A DNA stretch of 50,622 nt from an uncultured Veillonellaceae bacterium (GTDB taxonomy: Bacteria; Bacillota; Negativicutes; UBA1444), in contig CAZOJA010000002.1 in NCBI GenBank assembly GCA_964579955.1, forward strand, positions 1-50,622. The letters are read 5' to 3'. This document shows positions 1 to 9,738 of the stretch, in pieces; the first letter of the stretch is position 1, and the number at the start of each line of letters is the position of its first letter. The notes beneath the pieces were generated by a model, which did not search any database, was not told the origin of the DNA, and saw only the letters and a list, made by a program, of their open reading frames with translations. The translations under genes were made by a program, and so were the position numbers.

Positions 1-52
1 CATCGACTCCCTGATTAAAAGTCAGGTGCTCTACCGACTGAGCTAGTGGGTC
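1..52 (-). tRNA. tRNA-Lys (anticodon UUU), 5' part only; the 3' end lies beyond the window edge
   Basis: Reverse complement of 1-52 reads GACCCAC-TA-GCTC-AGTCGGTA-GAGC-A-CCTGA-CTTTTAA-TCAGG-GAGTC-GATG. This gives an acceptor arm, D arm, anticodon stem with loop CU-UUU-AA, variable loop and the start of the T arm. Confidence 0.85.
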
Positions 53-69
53 ATAGGTCACAGTTTTGA

Positions 70-98
70 ATTATAAACCCAGTTGCAGCGATTGTCAA
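70..98 (-). promoter_or_regulatory. Consensus sigma-A-type promoter driving tRNA-Lys
   Basis: The minus strand reads TTGACA (98..93), a 17-nt spacer, then TATAAT (75..70). The predicted start is about 11 nt upstream of the tRNA 5' end at 52. Confidence 0.7.
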
Positions 99-103
99 GG
101 CTG

Positions 104-1396
104 TTAAAACATCGGCTCCAATACAATCGTCTGCTCACGGTCCGGACCGACCGATACGATTCCCAATCTAGCGCCGACGCATTCACTTAGACGCTCGACA
201 TAACGCCGGGCATTGAGCGGCAAATCTTCGTACTGCCGTATGGCCGAAGTGTCGGTCTGCCAACCGGGCATCTCTTCGTACACCGGCTCCACTTGCCCCA
301 GGACTTTCAGGCTTGCCGGGTATTCATGCAACGGCTTGCCTTGATAAAGATAGCCTGTACAGATTTTGAGGCTGGCTAATGTATCCAGAATATCGAGTCG
401 GGTAATTGCCAAACAGTCAATTTGACTCAGCATGCAGGCATATTTCACGACAACGGTATCCAGCCACCCAGTCCGCCGTGGTCTACCGGTTGTCGTGCCA
501 AATTCACGACCGCGCTGTCGAATCATTTCACCGGTTTCTTCATGTAGCTCCGTCACGAACGGCCCTTCACCGACCCTAGTCGTATAAGCCTTGACAACGC
601 CGATAACCTTGTCGATGGCCTTGGGTCCTACTCCGGCCCCGACACAGACGCCACCGGCGATCGGGTGTGATGATGTCACATAGGGGTAGGTGCCAAAATC
701 CAGGTCAAGCATGGTGGCTTGCGCGCCTTCGTAAAGAATTCGGTCTCCATTTTTAATTGCGTCATGCAACGTAAAAATAGTGTCTGCAACATAGGGGCGC
801 AGTTCATCGGCGTAGCCGAGATACTCCGCCAGCACCGCATCGTAATCCATTGGCTGTTTGCCGTAAATTTTCGTAAGCAACTCATTTTTCGCTGCTAAAT
901 TGACTTTGAGCCGCTCGGCGAACTCCTCCCGATCCATCAAATCAACAACCCTGATGCCGACCCGGGCGTTTTTGTCGACGTAACAGGGGCCAATGCCGCG
1001 TTTCGTGGTACCGATCTTGTTATCGCCACGGGCATCTTCGTCAGCCTCGTCAAGCAATCGGTGATAAGGCAAGATTACCTGCGCCCGGTTTGAGATCTTA
1101 AGACCGGTCATGTCGACGCCCTTGGCCAACATTGCTTTGATTTCCTTCAACAGGTGCCCCGGATCGATAACGACGCCATTACCGATGATACAGGTCTTTC
1201 CAGGATAAAGAATCCCGGAAGGCAATAGATTCAGTTTGGATTCGACTCCTTTGACGACGACGGTATGACCTGCATTGTTACCCCCTTGATAACGGACGAC
1301 AACCTGCGCTTGTTCGGCCAAGTGGTCGACAATTTTCCCTTTTCCCTCATCGCCCCACTGGGTTCCCATGACTACAACTGATGACATAATTTTCAC
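104..1396 (-). CDS. purA: Adenylosuccinate synthetase
   Basis: 430-aa ORF with the N-terminal GTQWGDEGKGKIVD P-loop plus GIGPCYVDK and TTGRPRRTGW motifs typical of PurA. Confidence 0.97.
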   Translation of the reverse strand: MKIMSSVVVMGTQWGDEGKGKIVDHLAEQAQVVVRYQGGNNAGHTVVVKGVESKLNLLPSGILYPGKTCIIGNGVVIDPGHLLKEIKAMLAKGVDMTGLKISNRAQVILPYHRLLDEADEDARGDNKIGTTKRGIGPCYVDKNARVGIRVVDLMDREEFAERLKVNLAAKNELLTKIYGKQPMDYDAVLAEYLGYADELRPYVADTIFTLHDAIKNGDRILYEGAQATMLDLDFGTYPYVTSSHPIAGGVCVGAGVGPKAIDKVIGVVKAYTTRVGEGPFVTELHEETGEMIRQRGREFGTTTGRPRRTGWLDTVVVKYACMLSQIDCLAITRLDILDTLASLKICTGYLYQGKPLHEYPASLKVLGQVEPVYEEMPGWQTDTSAIRQYEDLPLNARRYVERLSECVGARLGIVSVGPDREQTIVLEPMF

Positions 1397-1405
1397 CTGC
1401 TTTCT

Positions 1406-2698
1406 TTACAATCCGAATCGGGCCATGATGGTATCGATATTGCGCAACGGATAGGCAGTATCAAAGCACTCTTCAATTTCTGAGGCGGTAAGGTATTTAG
1501 AAACATCGACATCCTTGGTGACATTGGTCTTGAAATCTTCGCCGGCCAGCCAGCGGGCCATCGCATTGCGCTGGACCCAACGGTAGGCATCTTCGCGTAC
1601 AACACCTTTGTCAACCAGCGCCAGCATAACGCGCTGACTGAAGATCAGGCCGCCGGTCTTTTCCAGATTAGCCTGCATCGCTTCCGGATATACCAGCAAC
1701 TTGTCGATGATATTGGTGAAAATTCGCAGCATGTAATCAAGCAAAATCGTGCTGTCCGGTAAAATCACCCGTTCAACGGAAGAGTGCGTGATATCGCGTT
1801 CATGCCACAGCGCCACATTTTCCATGGCGGCCAGCGCATTGCCGCGAACGACCCGGGCCAGTCCCGCCACCCGCTCGCAAGTGATCGGGTTCCTTTTGTG
1901 CGGCATTGCCGATGAGCCCTTCTGTCCCGGATGGAAGAATTCTTCGACTTCGCGGATATCAGTGCGCTGAAGGTTGCGCACTTCTGTGGCGAACTTGTCC
2001 AATGAACTGGCGATAATCGCCAAAGTTGTCATGAACTCGGCGTGCCTGTCGCGTTGAATGACCTGCGTCGCCAATCGGGCCGGTGTCAGGCCCATTTTTT
2101 CGCAGACATAGGTTTCGACTCGGGGGTCGATATTGGAATAGGTGCCCACGGCACCGGACAGTTTTCCGACCGCAACCGCCGCCTGAGCCCTTTTCAGGCG
2201 CTCCAGGTTTCTTTCGGTCTCATCCATCCACAGGGCGAATTTTAGTCCTAGTGTAATCGGTTCGGCATGAATGCCGTGCGTGCGTCCGATCATCACGGTA
2301 TGTTTGTGTTCGGCGGCCCTTCGTTTTAGCACGGCATGAAACTGTTCCAAATCTTTGATCAGGATATTGCACGCTTGCTTCATCATCGCGCCGAGCGCCG
2401 TATCTTTGACATCGCTTGAGGTCAGACCGAGATGAATGTATTTTGCCTCGTCGCCGACGTTTTCGGCAACGGCCTGCAAAAAAGCTAAAATATCATGCTT
2501 TGTTTCTTTTTCAATTTCGCGTATTCTCGCCACAGAAAACTTGGCCCGCTCTTTGATCACAGGCACTGCAGCGGCAGGAACCTCACCGAGTTCTGCCATG
2601 ATTTCACAGGCATGGATTTCAATATCGAGCATTGTCTGGAATTCATTCTCGTCTGTCCAAATTTTTCCCATCTCAGGATAAGTGTAGCGTTCGATCAT
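1406..2698 (-). CDS. purB: Adenylosuccinate lyase
   Basis: 430-aa ORF with a Bacillus PurB-like N-terminus (MIERYTYPEMGKIWTDENEF) and an intact lyase-superfamily SS-loop (GSSAMPHKRNP). Confidence 0.96.
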   Translation of the reverse strand: MIERYTYPEMGKIWTDENEFQTMLDIEIHACEIMAELGEVPAAAVPVIKERAKFSVARIREIEKETKHDILAFLQAVAENVGDEAKYIHLGLTSSDVKDTALGAMMKQACNILIKDLEQFHAVLKRRAAEHKHTVMIGRTHGIHAEPITLGLKFALWMDETERNLERLKRAQAAVAVGKLSGAVGTYSNIDPRVETYVCEKMGLTPARLATQVIQRDRHAEFMTTLAIIASSLDKFATEVRNLQRTDIREVEEFFHPGQKGSSAMPHKRNPITCERVAGLARVVRGNALAAMENVALWHERDITHSSVERVILPDSTILLDYMLRIFTNIIDKLLVYPEAMQANLEKTGGLIFSQRVMLALVDKGVVREDAYRWVQRNAMARWLAGEDFKTNVTKDVDVSKYLTASEIEECFDTAYPLRNIDTIMARFGL

Positions 2699-4098
2699 TG
2701 GGATTCCCCCTCACAGCATTTTTCGCGTCGCTTGATCTCTTGTGCCACCATGACCCCTGACACGGAAGCCTGCGCCAACCCCCGGGTAACTCCTGCGCCG
2801 TCGCCGATAGCAAAAAAATTGGCAATCTGCGTTTCAAGCACTTTGGAAAGTTGTAACCGGGATGAATAGAATTTGACTTCCACTCCGTAAAGCAACGTAT
2901 GGCGCGAACCGACTCCCGGCGCCACCTTGTCGAGTGCTTCCAGCATCTCCACAATCGCCGTGAGATGACGATACGGCAACACCAGACTCAAATCACCCGG
3001 TGTAGCATCCTTCATCGTCGGGGTGACCAGTCCGCGACCAATACGTTCTTCAGTCGACCGGCGGCCGGCCTTCAGGTCGCCGAGCCGTTGGACAATCACT
3101 CCGCCGCTAAGCAGATTGGCCAGCTTAGCTATCGACTTGCCATAGGTGATCGGCTCTTTGAACGGCTCCGTAAAGCTCTTTGATACAAGAATCGCAAAAT
3201 TGGTGTTTTCCGAACTCTTTTCCGCGTTGCTGTGGCCATTCACCGTAATCAGGCCGGCATTGTTCTCTGCCACCACTACGCCGTAAGGATTCATGCAGAA
3301 CGTTCGGACCCTGTCATCAAACGATTTTGTATAGTAAACCAGTTTTGACTCGTATACGACATCGGTGATTTGTTCCATGACAACGGCTGGCACTTCGACA
3401 CGCACCCCGATATCAACCGGGTTGGTGATCATGTCCAGTCCGAGCCGGGCGGCTTGCGTAGTAAACCATTCGGCGCCTTCGCGGCCCGGCGCGGCAATCA
3501 GGTACTTGCTGTAAAATTTTTCGCCGCGGGTGGTTTCCACGCCGACATAGCGACCATCTTCCACGAGGATTGCAGCCACGCCATCACTGGTGCGGATTGC
3601 ACATTTTTCTCTCAAGTGGTCCCGCATCAAGGTAAGGATCTCAAAACACTTATCCGTTCCAAGATGACGGATTCTTGCCGGTATCAAGGATAAATCGGCA
3701 GAAGCTGCATCTTTCTGGATTTTCCGCACCGCTTCTTTGTTATCATCGCCATATACCGTCTGCGTCGCACCAAATTTAAGATATATGCTGTCAATGTAAT
3801 CAATCAGGGTCATCAATTGCGGTTTTTCCATATACAAGTCCAGCATCCCGCCAAACTCTGTCGTCAGGGTCAATTTGCCGTCACTATAGGCGCCGGCGCC
3901 TCCCCAACCGCACAAAATGCCGCATGGTTTGCAATGAACGCATTTCTTGAGACCCTTGGCATGAATCGGGCAAGCTCGCGCATCAATGTCGCGCCCTTTT
4001 TCCAGCAGCAAAACCTCCAGCCCGGTGTCTGCCAACTCCAGAGCAGCAAAAATCCCGGCCGGGCCTGCACCAATGATGATTGCATCATACCGCTTCAT
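2695..4098 (-). CDS. NAD(P)/FAD-dependent oxidoreductase (COG2509-like uncharacterised dehydrogenase)
   Basis: 467-aa ORF with the N-terminal dinucleotide-binding motif IIIGAGPAGIFAALELA and a C-terminal GDGAG motif. It has a 4-nt overlap with the purB start, suggesting translational coupling. Confidence 0.8.
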   Translation of the reverse strand: MKRYDAIIIGAGPAGIFAALELADTGLEVLLLEKGRDIDARACPIHAKGLKKCVHCKPCGILCGWGGAGAYSDGKLTLTTEFGGMLDLYMEKPQLMTLIDYIDSIYLKFGATQTVYGDDNKEAVRKIQKDAASADLSLIPARIRHLGTDKCFEILTLMRDHLREKCAIRTSDGVAAILVEDGRYVGVETTRGEKFYSKYLIAAPGREGAEWFTTQAARLGLDMITNPVDIGVRVEVPAVVMEQITDVVYESKLVYYTKSFDDRVRTFCMNPYGVVVAENNAGLITVNGHSNAEKSSENTNFAILVSKSFTEPFKEPITYGKSIAKLANLLSGGVIVQRLGDLKAGRRSTEERIGRGLVTPTMKDATPGDLSLVLPYRHLTAIVEMLEALDKVAPGVGSRHTLLYGVEVKFYSSRLQLSKVLETQIANFFAIGDGAGVTRGLAQASVSGVMVAQEIKRREKCCEGESQ

Positions 4099-4141
4099 CC
4101 ATACACACTCCTGAACCGATTCATATTTCGGTGATTTTCGG

Positions 4142-4177
4142 CAAAAAGAAAGACAAACTCTCCGTTTTGTCCCTCTT
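4142..4177 (-). terminator. Rho-independent terminator downstream of dnaB
   Basis: The minus strand reads AAGAGGGACAAA-acggagag-TTTGTCTTTCTT followed by TTTTG. This is a 12-bp stem (two G-U pairs), an 8-nt loop and a U-tract. Confidence 0.65.
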
Positions 4178-4178
4178 T

Positions 4179-4207
4179 ATCTTACTATCTGCAGCAGACA
4201 CTGTCAA
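4179..4207 (-). promoter_or_regulatory. Promoter-like element overlapping the dnaB terminator (candidate promoter for the oxidoreductase-purB-purA unit)
   Basis: The minus strand reads TTGACA (4207..4202), a 17-nt spacer, then TAAGAT (4184..4179). The predicted start falls inside the 5' arm of the terminator stem, so transcripts starting here would lack a complete hairpin. Confidence 0.5.
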
Positions 4208-4250
4208 CAAATAGCCGAATATTTATTTCTCATTTTTATAAAACGTTCGG

Positions 4251-5582
4251 TCAATCGGTGCGGGGTGAATAATCTGTAAATCGAGTGAAGTTTTTATGGA
4301 AATAGAGTTCAACCGTTTCCGTCGGACCGTTACGGTTCTTGGCGATAATCAGTTCGGTCAGGTTCTTTTTCTCCGTTTCCGGATTATAGTAATCTTCGCG
4401 ATACAAAAATGCCACCATGTCGGCATCTTGTTCCAGTGAGCCAGATTCTCGAAGGTCACTCAGCATCGGCTTGCGCGAGGTCCGGCTTTCCGGGCCGCGA
4501 CTGAGCTGCGACAGGGCAATCACGGGAACTTGCAGTTCACGGGCCAGCGCCTTGAGCGAGCGCGAAATATCGGAAATCTGTTGCTGACGATTGTCGATCC
4601 GGCTGTGGGCTCCGCCGTCCATCAACTGAAGATAGTCGATGATGATGCAGTCCAGGCCGTGCTCTTTGCTGATCCGTCGCGCTTTGTTGCGCAGCTCCAC
4701 CGCATTGACTCCCGCCGTGTCGTCGATGAACATCGGCGAGGCCGACAAGCGATCCGCCGCATCAACTAAATTTTTCCACTCCTCGTTGCTCATCGCGCCG
4801 GTACGAAAATGTTGGCTGTCTATAAGCCCTTCCGCGCACATCATTCGCATTGCCAATTGCTCACGCGGCATTTCCAGGCTAAAGATAGCCACCGATTTTT
4901 TGTCCCGCGTCGCCATGTGTTGGGCAACATTTAGGACAAAAGCCGTTTTTCCCATACTGGGCCGGGCCGCAATCAGGATCAGATCCGAACGCTGGAATCC
5001 GCCGGTCAGTTTATCCAGATTGGTGAAACCTGTCGAAAGGCCGGTAATCCCGCCTTTCGCCTTGTGCATCTCGTCAATTTTGTCAAGCGTGCTGAAAATG
5101 ATTTCCTTGATCGGCGCAAAATCCTGGCCGATTTTTCTCGTCGCCACTTCAAGGATTTTTTGTTCGGCATGGTCGAGGACCCGTTCGACTTCTTCCGTTT
5201 CCGCGTAGCCCATGGCCGCGATGTCTGTCGCAGCGTGAATCAAGCGACGCAACAGGCTTTTTTCCTGGACGATCTTTGCATGGAAAACAATATTGGCAGC
5301 GGTAGGGACTCCGTTAGCCAGTGAGGTGATGTAGGAAATCCCGCCGGCACGTTCAAGACTTTCTTCCCGGCGCAGCATATCGATCACCGTAATAAAATCA
5401 ATGGCTTCGCCCCGCTCAAACAAACTGATCGCCGCACGATACACCAGTTTGTGCGCTTCCCGGTAAAAGTCCTCCGGTTGCAGAATATCAGAAATCTTGG
5501 CAATGGCGCTTTGTTCAATCAAGATAGCACCCAAAACCGACTGTTCGGCTTCGATATTCTGCGGCGGAACCCTATCCAGCAT
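4251..5582 (-). CDS. dnaB: Replicative DNA helicase (DnaB family; DnaC in Bacillus nomenclature)
   Basis: Motifs QNIEAEQSVLGAIL, Walker A AARPSMGKTAF and IIIDYLQLM. Start moved to ATG 5582, which has AAGGAGAG 8 nt upstream. The ORF-track start at 5615 would overlap the upstream gene by 44 nt. Confidence 0.95.
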   Translation of the reverse strand: MLDRVPPQNIEAEQSVLGAILIEQSAIAKISDILQPEDFYREAHKLVYRAAISLFERGEAIDFITVIDMLRREESLERAGGISYITSLANGVPTAANIVFHAKIVQEKSLLRRLIHAATDIAAMGYAETEEVERVLDHAEQKILEVATRKIGQDFAPIKEIIFSTLDKIDEMHKAKGGITGLSTGFTNLDKLTGGFQRSDLILIAARPSMGKTAFVLNVAQHMATRDKKSVAIFSLEMPREQLAMRMMCAEGLIDSQHFRTGAMSNEEWKNLVDAADRLSASPMFIDDTAGVNAVELRNKARRISKEHGLDCIIIDYLQLMDGGAHSRIDNRQQQISDISRSLKALARELQVPVIALSQLSRGPESRTSRKPMLSDLRESGSLEQDADMVAFLYREDYYNPETEKKNLTELIIAKNRNGPTETVELYFHKNFTRFTDYSPRTD

Positions 5583-7584
5583 GAACGCCCTCTCCTTCGC
5601 CAAACGGTTTGCCAAACAAAATCGTCAGGGCTTCTTCGACTCGCTCCAACGGTTTTACCGACAACCCCAAATGATCGGCCGGAATATCTTTTGCATTCTC
5701 CTTAGGGATGATGAGTGTTGTAACCCCTGCCTGCTTTGCGCCATAGGCCTTTTCGAAAACTCCGCCGATGGCTTTCAGTTTGCCACGGATCGATACTTCA
5801 CCAGTGACTGCCACATCCTGTCGCAAGGGCTGGTTGGTAATCGCCGATATCAGCACGCTGACGATCGCCAGCCCGGCCGATGGGCCATCAATCTGCCCAC
5901 CGCCGATCACATTGACGTGAACATCGTATTTGGCCAGGTCTTGCCCGGTAATCTGCCGCACCAACGCCGCCGCGTTAAAAACCGAGTCCTTGGCCATACT
6001 GCCAGCTGTATCATTGAAACGGATTGCCCCTTTGCCTTTTTGCGCAGCCGGAAAACAGACCGCTTCGATTTCAATGACCGAGCCTAAGTAACCCGATACT
6101 CCCAGTCCGAATATTTTCCCCACTTCCCATTCGGAAGACGCCTTGCGATTGACATACGGCGTCATCCTGCTGACCTGGAGAATGTGAAAAACATCATCGC
6201 GGCTGATTGTCGGCCTCGTCTTCTTAGTTCGGCCCTTGCGGTACATCGATAGACTGTAGGAGTCGGCAAGCAGATTTACTGCCTTGCGTCCCTCAACCGT
6301 ATATTCGCTGATCAAGGTCGGCACCGTAGCCTCCATACGGACCTTCAGGCGTGTTGCCGCATTAGTCACTATCCGTTCGATCTGCTTGGGAGTCAAGGGT
6401 TCAAAGAATACTTCGGCGCAACGCGAGCGCAGGGCAGGGTTCAGGTCCGACGCATCGCGGGTGGTGGCGCCGATAAGAACGAAGTCCGCCGGCGCTCCCT
6501 CCGCAAACAGTTTTTTAATGTACGCAGGTACGTTGGGATCAGCTTCATCAAAATAGGCTGAGTCAAAAAATACCCGCTTGTCTTCCAACACTTTCAACAA
6601 CTTATTCAGCAGCATAGGATCCATTTCACCAATTTCATCGATGAACAATATGCCGCCATGGGCATCGGTAACCAGTCCGGGTTTAGGCTCCGGCACAGCG
6701 GTCTCAGCCAAGTCTCGCCGAGCGCCTTGATAAATTGGATCGTGCACCGATCCTAGCAGCGGGTTGGTGATATCCCTTGGATCCCAACGCAACGTGCTCC
6801 CATCCACTTCAACGAACGGAGCATCTTCCGCAAACGGAGTGTATTCCAGTGACCGCGCCTCCTCTAGCACTAGCCGGGCAGCGGTGGTCTTGCCCACGCC
6901 AGGCGGCCCGTACATGATCAGGTGCTGCGGATAAGGCGAAGCCAGTTTGGAACGCAAAACTTCGACGGCTCGCTCCTGGCCGATGATTTCATCCAGTTTG
7001 GCTGGCCTGAGGATTTCGTTCATCGCCCTTGACAAGCCCCGTTGTTCGAGTGCCTGAAGTTTTTCCAGCTTCTTTTGGCTTTGCGGCGTTTCGACATCTG
7101 ATTCCTCTTTGAGGATTTGCATGCGGATTTCCTGTATGAACTCTTGATGCCGCTCTTCCATTTTTTTTGAGATTTTTTTGTCTATATTCTCTTCCATTTT
7201 ATGAACGGCAATATGTTCTGCCATTTCATTAAGCAGCTCTTCGATAATTTCTGGAATTTCCTCGATCGTGGGCACTTTGTCGATCGCCAGATCTTGTTTG
7301 ACCATTCGTTGCAAAGCCAATACCCGCTCAGGCACTTCCCCGGATTGAATCAAATCAAGCGCGCCAAACTTACTGGCACGTAAGACAAATTTGTCTGCGC
7401 CCCAAATCGAAGCGCACATGTTGAACACAGCGTCCGCCTCCAGGCGGGTCTGGAGATAGCGTTGCTGTTCCTGTTCGCTTATTTTTTTCACGGCCCGCCT
7501 TTTGCGGCTTTTTATCCCCGGTTGTTCATTTTCCTGTTCCGGGTTTTCCTTGTTGTTTCGAGCCACTTTCTTGTTATTCTCCAA
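5572..7584 (-). CDS. Lon-family AAA+ serine protease (LonB/LonC-like)
   Basis: 670 aa with Walker A MYGPPGVGKTT, Walker B GILFIDEIGEM, and a C-terminal Lon proteolytic domain carrying DGPSAGLA (Ser) and GKLKAIGG (Lys). The N-terminal ~200 aa are charged and coiled-coil-like. Confidence 0.85.
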   Translation of the reverse strand: MENNKKVARNNKENPEQENEQPGIKSRKRRAVKKISEQEQQRYLQTRLEADAVFNMCASIWGADKFVLRASKFGALDLIQSGEVPERVLALQRMVKQDLAIDKVPTIEEIPEIIEELLNEMAEHIAVHKMEENIDKKISKKMEERHQEFIQEIRMQILKEESDVETPQSQKKLEKLQALEQRGLSRAMNEILRPAKLDEIIGQERAVEVLRSKLASPYPQHLIMYGPPGVGKTTAARLVLEEARSLEYTPFAEDAPFVEVDGSTLRWDPRDITNPLLGSVHDPIYQGARRDLAETAVPEPKPGLVTDAHGGILFIDEIGEMDPMLLNKLLKVLEDKRVFFDSAYFDEADPNVPAYIKKLFAEGAPADFVLIGATTRDASDLNPALRSRCAEVFFEPLTPKQIERIVTNAATRLKVRMEATVPTLISEYTVEGRKAVNLLADSYSLSMYRKGRTKKTRPTISRDDVFHILQVSRMTPYVNRKASSEWEVGKIFGLGVSGYLGSVIEIEAVCFPAAQKGKGAIRFNDTAGSMAKDSVFNAAALVRQITGQDLAKYDVHVNVIGGGQIDGPSAGLAIVSVLISAITNQPLRQDVAVTGEVSIRGKLKAIGGVFEKAYGAKQAGVTTLIIPKENAKDIPADHLGLSVKPLERVEEALTILFGKPFGEGEGVHAG

Positions 7585-8020
7585 TCACCTGAATCTTAAT
7601 CTCTGCTGTCACTTCCGGGTGAATCTTGATCACCACGCTGGCACTGCCAAGGTTTTTAACCGGATCGGCAAACTCCATCTTGCGCCGGTCCAGTTCTACG
7701 CCGTGTTGCGCTTTGGCGGCATCGGCAACGTCTTTGGTCGTAATGGCCCCGAATAATCGGCCACCTTCGCCGGCCTTGGCCACGACCTTTACTTCGATGG
7801 TCGCCAATTGGGCAGCCATCAGTTTCGCTTCTTCCAGTTGACGCTTTTGTCGGTCAGCCGCCGCGCTTTTTTGTTGCTGCAGTTGATTCAAGGTATCTTT
7901 AGTCGCTTGCGCAGCCAGTTTCTGCGGCATCAGAAAATTCCGGGCATAGCCTTCGGCAACTTCCATGATATCGCCCTTTTTCCCTAATTTTTTTACATCT
8001 TGCAACAGAACAACTTTCAT
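7574..8020 (-). CDS. rplI: 50S ribosomal protein L9
   Basis: 148 aa beginning MKVVLLQDVKKLGKKGDIMEVAEGYARNFL. It keeps the conserved position between gdpP and dnaB. Confidence 0.96.
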   Translation of the reverse strand: MKVVLLQDVKKLGKKGDIMEVAEGYARNFLMPQKLAAQATKDTLNQLQQQKSAAADRQKRQLEEAKLMAAQLATIEVKVVAKAGEGGRLFGAITTKDVADAAKAQHGVELDRRKMEFADPVKNLGSASVVIKIHPEVTAEIKIQVIGE

Positions 8021-9735
8021 AATTCATTTCCCTCCCCAATATAATCAGCAATTACAGCCTCGAGCCTTCGTCGGGCCTCGCCCATCTCGACCCCGGCAAT
8101 GTGCGCGCCAGCTACAGTCTGGTGCCCGCCACCATTAAACGCCTCCATGATCACCTGAACATTGACTTCGCCATTGGAACGAGCGCTGATGCCAACCCCT
8201 TCAGCATCCGGCCAGAGAACAAAACTCACTCTGACCCCTTCAATGTTCAGCATCGTGTCCGCAGATTGCGCAGCGATGATTTGGCCATTTTTTACTTCAA
8301 ACGGGCAAATTGCCAGCACAACCCCTGCTTTGAGAAATTCAGCGCTGCTTAGAATCAACGCCCTCAGTTTCAGCGTTTCCATGTCAAACCGGAACAAGTG
8401 ACGAACCAGTGCAGGATCGGCGCCGGAACGACGCAGAAAAGCCGCTGCCTCAAAAGTTCTGACACCGGTCTGCACGGCGAAATTCTTGGTGTCCACTATA
8501 ATCCCTGCATACAGAGCAGAGGCTTCCAAACGAGTCAGTTCTATTTTCTCATCAAAATAGGTCAATAGTTCGGCTACGAGTTCACTAGTTGAAGAAGCCG
8601 ACGGTTCAAGGTAAACGATCATCGGGCTGGGGATAAAGTCCTCCGCTCGGCGATGATGATCGATCACGATGCGACGATCGACCCGCTCTAGCAATTGTGG
8701 CGCCGCCGTCAAAAATACCCGATGAGTATCGACAACAAACAACAGGGTTTTGGCTGCGATTTTCGCCTCCGCCTGTGCTGCCGTCAAAAACAGGCCCGCA
8801 TACTCACTGTACCCAGGTAATAATTCCTGCAGTTTTTCATAGGATAAGGCCACTTGGCCAACAACGATATTGACCGGTTTTCCCAGATGAGCCGCCATGC
8901 GGGCTACGCCCATCGCAGAACCCAGGCTGTCGAAATCTTCTCCTTCATGGCCCATGATCATGATATCCGTGGCTTCCTGCATCAGTTCCTTGATTGCATG
9001 CGCCACCACACGCGCCTTAACCCGCGTGTTCTTTTCCACGACCTTTGCTTTTCCGCCATAAAACTGGACTTCTTCGTTCACGTAAAGAGCTGCCTGGTCC
9101 CCGCCGCGCCCCAGTGCCAGATCAAGACCGGTCTGGGCTTTTTGCCCACGTTCGCTCATTGTCGCACCACTTGCGGCAATACCCATGCTCAGGGTGACCG
9201 GAATCCGGTTTCCGACCCGCAGTGCCCGAATTTCGTCAAGAATGTCGAATTTATCGCAAATCATCCGACCCAGTTCTTGTCGGGTAAAGACGCCAATATA
9301 CATGCCTTCGGAGTACTTTCGCAAAAAGCCGTTGTGCCTGCTGCACCAGGCCATCAAGTGCTGATGCGTCTCGCTCTGAATTGCGTTGCGCTGTGTATCG
9401 TCAAGCCCTTGCAAAACATCTTCAAGATTATCGATTTGTATTAGGGCCAGCACGGCGTCCTGCCCATCTGCCAAAGTCTCTCCACCAGATTCTGACTTGC
9501 AATTCTGCTGCACTTCCGGTGTCGTCTCCGCCACCATCACAGCGGAACCAGCCTGGGTTGTCAAACCGCTCGCTGAACATGCCGAGCGTCGCCAAAACAA
9601 GCACCCCAGAATAACAGCCAAAAACAGCAGCAAGGCTGTGAGAAACGACGGTTGAACAAGCATCGACCCCACCAGACCAATGCTGATCAAAACCAGAACA
9701 AGCAGCTCCTTTTTCCCGGCCCCGTTCTCTTGCAT
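8017..9735 (-). CDS. gdpP: GdpP/YybT-type DHH-DHHA1 phosphodiesterase (c-di-AMP phosphodiesterase family), apparently lacking the PAS domain
   Basis: 572 aa with two N-terminal TM helices, a degenerate GGDEF-like region, a DHH motif (VIDHHRR) and a DHHA1 GGGH motif. Synteny yybS-gdpP-rplI-dnaB matches Bacillus. Confidence 0.85.
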   Translation of the reverse strand: MQENGAGKKELLVLVLISIGLVGSMLVQPSFLTALLLFLAVILGCLFWRRSACSASGLTTQAGSAVMVAETTPEVQQNCKSESGGETLADGQDAVLALIQIDNLEDVLQGLDDTQRNAIQSETHQHLMAWCSRHNGFLRKYSEGMYIGVFTRQELGRMICDKFDILDEIRALRVGNRIPVTLSMGIAASGATMSERGQKAQTGLDLALGRGGDQAALYVNEEVQFYGGKAKVVEKNTRVKARVVAHAIKELMQEATDIMIMGHEGEDFDSLGSAMGVARMAAHLGKPVNIVVGQVALSYEKLQELLPGYSEYAGLFLTAAQAEAKIAAKTLLFVVDTHRVFLTAAPQLLERVDRRIVIDHHRRAEDFIPSPMIVYLEPSASSTSELVAELLTYFDEKIELTRLEASALYAGIIVDTKNFAVQTGVRTFEAAAFLRRSGADPALVRHLFRFDMETLKLRALILSSAEFLKAGVVLAICPFEVKNGQIIAAQSADTMLNIEGVRVSFVLWPDAEGVGISARSNGEVNVQVIMEAFNGGGHQTVAGAHIAGVEMGEARRRLEAVIADYIGEGNEL

Positions 9736-9738
9736 ATA

